Shown piece by piece: positions 60,132 to 64,000 of a stretch of 64,000 nucleotides of DNA (its first letter is position 1; each line of letters begins with the position of its first letter). The translations under genes and the position numbers were made by a program. Origin of the DNA: Nostoc sp. DedSLP01 (lineage in GTDB: Bacteria; Cyanobacteriota; Cyanobacteriia; Cyanobacteriales; Nostocaceae); NCBI GenBank assembly GCA_034530875.2, contig JAVRCJ020000001.1:96001-160000 (forward strand), read 5' to 3'. The notes below the pieces were generated by a model. That model made no database searches. It was not told the origin of the DNA and saw nothing but the letters and a program-made list of their open reading frames with translations.

Positions 60132-61895
60132 CTAGCAACTTTTTGTGGAACCGCCATCATTAGATGAAACTATCACTGGTTGTTGATATAGGGGCACGGT
60201 GAATGTGACTGTTGAACCGAGTCCTTCGCCGAGGCTGTAGAAATGTACTTCCCCACCCATTGCTTCCACTAGTTTCTGGGATATTGCCAGTCCTAAACCC
60301 GTACCACCGTATTGGCGAGTGCGGGAACCATCTACCTGAGAAAATAATTGAAATAGTTTATCTTGTTTGTCCAAGGACACACCAATGCCAGTGTCTGCTA
60401 CGCGCACTCTTACCATACCTGGAAATTGCTGTCCTTGAAATTGCGTCTTTGCTTTTTTGAGCACTAAATCGGCGCTGATGGTGATACCGCCTTCATGAGT
60501 GAATTTGATGGCATTGTTCACCAAATTCAGCATGACTTGTAACAAGCGTTGATAATTACTTTGGACGATGATTTCATCGGAGGTAGCTGGCATTTGCATC
60601 TGGAAGCTGAGGTTTTTCATCTCTGCTTGCGGACGCATGAAATTTTCGACATCAGTGAAGAGTTCGCCTAACTTCACTGGTGCGTAAGCTAGTTCCATTT
60701 TGCCAGCTTCAATTTTGGCAATATCTAAAATATCGTTGATGATATTTAACAAATGTATTGATAGCTGATGAGCTTCTTGTAAAAACTGATTTTGTTCTTC
60801 TGGGTCATCTGCCATACCTTCCAGAATCAGTTTTAAAAAGCCAATCATCCCGTTGAGGGGAGTACGAATTTCGTGGGACACATTGGCGAGAAACTCGCTT
60901 TTAAGACGCGAAGCCTCTTCAGCTTTTTGACGTGCTTCTTCTAATTCTTTATATAAAGTAGCATGAGCGATCGCTGTTCCCAATTGATCGGCTGCTTCTT
61001 TAGCTAATTCTAGTTCTGCTTGTGTCAATGTGTAGCATTCATCTGGCCAACTCAAAATCACTAATCCATTAGCTTGGTCTTGATAGCAAGTTGCAACTAC
61101 TAAACTTTTATGCCGCCCAGACTCAGTGTATCCTGACACGTCCATAACAACTGGCTCTAAGGTTGTCAAAGCTTGAGTAAAAGCACCTTCGCTAGCTATA
61201 TCTATGTCTGTGCCCAGCATTGAGGTGAGTTGTGGCTGATGATACTCAGCCTTCACCTCTACTTTGGAACTACCAGGCTGATAAGGACAAATAATGCAGC
61301 GTTCTAACCCCAGTGCTTTCCCTAAACTGTCAACTGTTTGCTGCCAAATAATATTTAAATCTAATGTCCGCCGAATATTTCTAGTAATTCGATTTACTAG
61401 CTTTTGATGTTGCTGGGAACGTAAAGCCAACTCGATTTGTGTAGGTGCTTTTGCTCCCCCACCTGTTTGTTTTTTGTTCAGTGTCGCTTGCACTAAGCGA
61501 CCCATGACTAAAACTGTAGTGGCAGCAGTTCCCACGCTTGGCATAATCGGACTAATTACTAAGTCCAACTCAAATAATTCCTGATGATAGCTAAACCAAC
61601 ATTGAAACCTTTCTGGCACCAAACTTGTTAAAATTCGGTGCAATCGCTCGAAATAAGCTACCTTATCCACAGGAGCGAAGGCTTGATTTTGGTTGAGTTC
61701 GTCAACTATTTTTTCCGTCTTTAACCCCAGGAGTTCGCTGTACTGCCAATAAAAGGTCAGATAGCGCCCCGCCCCATCTTGCGTGTACGCCAACTCGGCT
61801 CCTAGAGTTGGCAATGAGCCATCGATTTTACTGGTTATGGATTCCAGATTTTGGGGAAATATATTTGGCAATTGGGTATTGGCAGTAATAGTCAT
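60132..61895 (-). CDS. Cytoplasmic GAF-domain sensor histidine kinase
   Basis: GAF (IRRTLDL…QLGTAIAHATLY), H-box SHEIRTPLN, NAIKFT, DTGIG, GGTGLGL. Confidence 0.93.
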   Translation of the reverse strand: MTITANTQLPNIFPQNLESITSKIDGSLPTLGAELAYTQDGAGRYLTFYWQYSELLGLKTEKIVDELNQNQAFAPVDKVAYFERLHRILTSLVPERFQCWFSYHQELFELDLVISPIMPSVGTAATTVLVMGRLVQATLNKKQTGGGAKAPTQIELALRSQQHQKLVNRITRNIRRTLDLNIIWQQTVDSLGKALGLERCIICPYQPGSSKVEVKAEYHQPQLTSMLGTDIDIASEGAFTQALTTLEPVVMDVSGYTESGRHKSLVVATCYQDQANGLVILSWPDECYTLTQAELELAKEAADQLGTAIAHATLYKELEEARQKAEEASRLKSEFLANVSHEIRTPLNGMIGFLKLILEGMADDPEEQNQFLQEAHQLSIHLLNIINDILDIAKIEAGKMELAYAPVKLGELFTDVENFMRPQAEMKNLSFQMQMPATSDEIIVQSNYQRLLQVMLNLVNNAIKFTHEGGITISADLVLKKAKTQFQGQQFPGMVRVRVADTGIGVSLDKQDKLFQLFSQVDGSRTRQYGGTGLGLAISQKLVEAMGGEVHFYSLGEGLGSTVTFTVPLYQQPVIVSSNDGGSTKSC

Positions 61896-62066
61896 TAATT
61901 GAGTTGGATATACAAAAGGTATCCGACCGTAATTTTACCAAAGCTGTTTAAATTTTGGCATAAATTTTTACAGCTTTCCCATTTTTGATTGGGTATTTTT
62001 TGGTGTTGCAAAATTCAAGTTGGCAAACTTTACTTTTGTTAACTAGAATTGACTGTTGATTGACAA

Positions 62067-62303
62067 TCAATCGTTCCATTCACCGCGAGCAGGAACGGGA
62101 GTACGTATAGGTGTGCGAGTTAGTTCATCATCTCTTAGTATTTCACCCCGCAACCACTGGCGAATTGCCACCTCAATCACTTTGCTGGGATCGTTAGTAA
62201 GATGCTGAATTTGCTCTAGTAATTCCGAGTCTAAGCGGATAGCAATTTCTACCTTATCGGCTCGTGTGTTATCCGCATCGGTAGGTTTGTGTTGCATATT
62301 CAT
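62067..62303 (-). CDS. Small hypothetical protein with ribbon-helix-helix-like pattern
   Basis: VEIAIRLDSELLEQI…SKVIEVAIRQWL; start uncertain (62297-62360). Confidence 0.55.
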   Translation of the reverse strand: MNMQHKPTDADNTRADKVEIAIRLDSELLEQIQHLTNDPSKVIEVAIRQWLRGEILRDDELTRTPIRTPVPARGEWND

Positions 62304-62882
62304 AGGTCTGTATACTCTGAATTGGTTTGGTTTAAAGCTTTGTAAAGTAGTTATATTCATAATTTGGGCAATTCACTTAAGAATTTTCGAGGATATAGCT
62401 ACATAATTCCCCGAAATAGCACCAAAGTAACAGCTTTAAATTTTAAGTTGCATTTTCCATATAACTGACTAGACAAGAGCGTTATAGAAGTTTTGCCGAT
62501 GAATCAGTGACTCCGGACAATTACCGATGGCAATTGCCCACGATCCCTACATGTACTTATTTATATTTATTGTACGCTTCTCGCTGATGAATACTAGCAA
62601 GTACAAATAGACTTTCATAATATTCTTAAAAGTACACCCATTTATATGCAAAGTTAAAGATGGGGTGAAGAGGGTATGGGGAGATGGGGGAGTGTGGGGA
62701 GATGGGGAAGTGTGGGGAGAAAGAGAATTTATGCCCCCCTCTCTTCCCACACCTCCCACGCCTCCTGCTTGCCCAATGCTCAATGCCCACTAAAACTAGG
62801 AGCGTCTTGGCTAAGAAAGCATTAAAATACATGAAGTAAATTGCTCTTTTAACTTTGGTTGCTGCTAAGGCAAAGATAGTAT

Positions 62883-64000
62883 ATGACTGACGTTCCCGCA
62901 GTTCGCATTCGCAATTTTTGTATTATTGCTCACATCGATCACGGGAAATCAACCCTTGCCGATCGCTTGCTACAAGCTACTGGCACTGTTGAAGACCGAC
63001 AGATGAAGGAACAGTTCCTCGACAATATGGATCTAGAACGGGAGCGCGGCATTACCATTAAGCTGCAAGCTGCCCGGATGAATTACACAGCCAAGGATGG
63101 TCAGAAATATGTGCTGAACTTAATTGATACACCTGGGCATGTGGATTTCTCTTATGAAGTATCCCGTTCTTTGGTTGCTTGTGAAGGAGCGCTATTAGTA
63201 GTAGACGCGTCTCAAGGTGTGGAGGCGCAAACTTTGGCAAATGTATATTTAGCGTTAGAAAATAACCTGGAAATTATCCCGGTTCTGAATAAGATTGATT
63301 TGCCTGGGGCTGAACCAGAACGGGTTATCGGGGAAATTGAAGAAATTATCGGTCTAGATTGCAGCGGTGCAATTCTCGCCTCTGCGAAAGAAGGAATTGG
63401 TATTGATGAGATTTTAGAGGCAGTTGTTGAGCGAATACCACCACCGCCCAATACGATAAACGAACGCTTACGGGCGTTGATTTTTGATAGCTATTACGAT
63501 AGCTACCGGGGAGTAATTGTCTATTTCCGGGTGATGGATGGCACTTTGAAAAAAGGCGATCGCATCCATTTAATGGCATCCGGTAAAGAATTTGACATTG
63601 ACGAATTAGGCGTCCTTTCTCCCACTCAAAAGCAAGTCGATGAACTGCACGCTGGGGAAGTAGGCTATTTGGCAGCGGCAATCAAAGCTGTGGCTGATGC
63701 ACGGGTAGGAGACACCATTACCTTAAGTAAGGCGAAAGCAGAGACACCCTTACCCGGTTACGCAGAAGCCAACCCGATGGTCTTTTGCGGCATGTTCCCC
63801 ATTGATGCCGACCAATTTGAAGACTTGCGGGAAGCCTTAGAAAAACTCAGACTCAACGATGCGGCACTGCACTACGAACCAGAAACTTCCAGCGCGATGG
63901 GATTTGGTTTCCGTTGCGGGTTCTTGGGCTTGCTGCACATGGAAATCGTCCAAGAACGTTTGGAAAGGGAGTATGACCTGGATTTAATTATTACTGCACC
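62883..64000 (+). CDS. lepA: Elongation factor 4 (LepA), truncated by the window end
   Basis: ATG at 62883: [31 protein letters not shown]…[16 protein letters not shown]…[14 protein letters not shown]; absent from the ORF track because no stop lies in the window. Confidence 0.98.
   Translation, partial: MTDVPAVRIRNFCIIAHIDHGKSTLADRLLQATGTVEDRQMKEQFLDNMDLERERGITIKLQAARMNYTAKDGQKYVLNLIDTPGHVDFSYEVSRSLVACEGALLVVDASQGVEAQTLANVYLALENNLEIIPVLNKIDLPGAEPERVIGEIEEIIGLDCSGAILASAKEGIGIDEILEAVVERIPPPPNTINERLRALIFDSYYDSYRGVIVYFRVMDGTLKKGDRIHLMASGKEFDIDELGVLSPTQKQVDELHAGEVGYLAAAIKAVADARVGDTITLSKAKAETPLPGYAEANPMVFCGMFPIDADQFEDLREALEKLRLNDAALHYEPETSSAMGFGFRCGFLGLLHMEIVQERLEREYDLDLIITA

Noticed and set aside
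62067..62360. Toxin-antitoxin system at the RHH-like gene
   Set aside because: No adjacent toxin-like ORF; neighbours are a histidine kinase and lepA
63058..63681. Minus-strand ORFs near the window end
   Set aside because: Antisense to lepA, which occupies the plus strand from 62883
1..64000. Frequent GCGATCGC octamers as a novel signal
   Set aside because: This is HIP1, a well-known cyanobacterial feature; used only as a taxonomic clue

Overview
Chromosomal window from a filamentous, probably heterocyst-forming (Nostocales-type) cyanobacterium. The assignment is inferred from abundant HIP1 octamers (GCGATCGC), STRR-type heptamer repeats and gene content. Recognisable core genes are a 5'-truncated tamB-like gene, typA, a Tab2/Atab2 gene, a pmbA-like gene, a ClC channel, GH57, nfuA and a 3'-truncated lepA. 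Signalling genes are dense: five Hanks-type Ser/Thr kinases, two OmpR-type two-component pairs, a GAF histidine kinase and a HAMP sensor with no transmitter domain. The best candidate for an undescribed system is at 6.1-10.0 kb: an ECF sigma/anti-sigma pair transcribed divergently from a four-gene envelope operon (secreted protein, PepSY-like membrane protein, cupredoxin lipoprotein, Tat-exported metallophosphoesterase). Two matching back-to-back ECF-type promoter motifs are visible between them. Other accessory content includes a low-GC toxin-antitoxin/GIY-YIG islet, gene remnants (egtC, Uma2-like, glycosyltransferase), a ManR-like direct-repeat box, a 21-bp tandem array and several nested miniature inverted-repeat elements. 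I found no rRNA, tRNA, CRISPR array or transposase gene. All family assignments come from motif recognition by eye, not from database searches.
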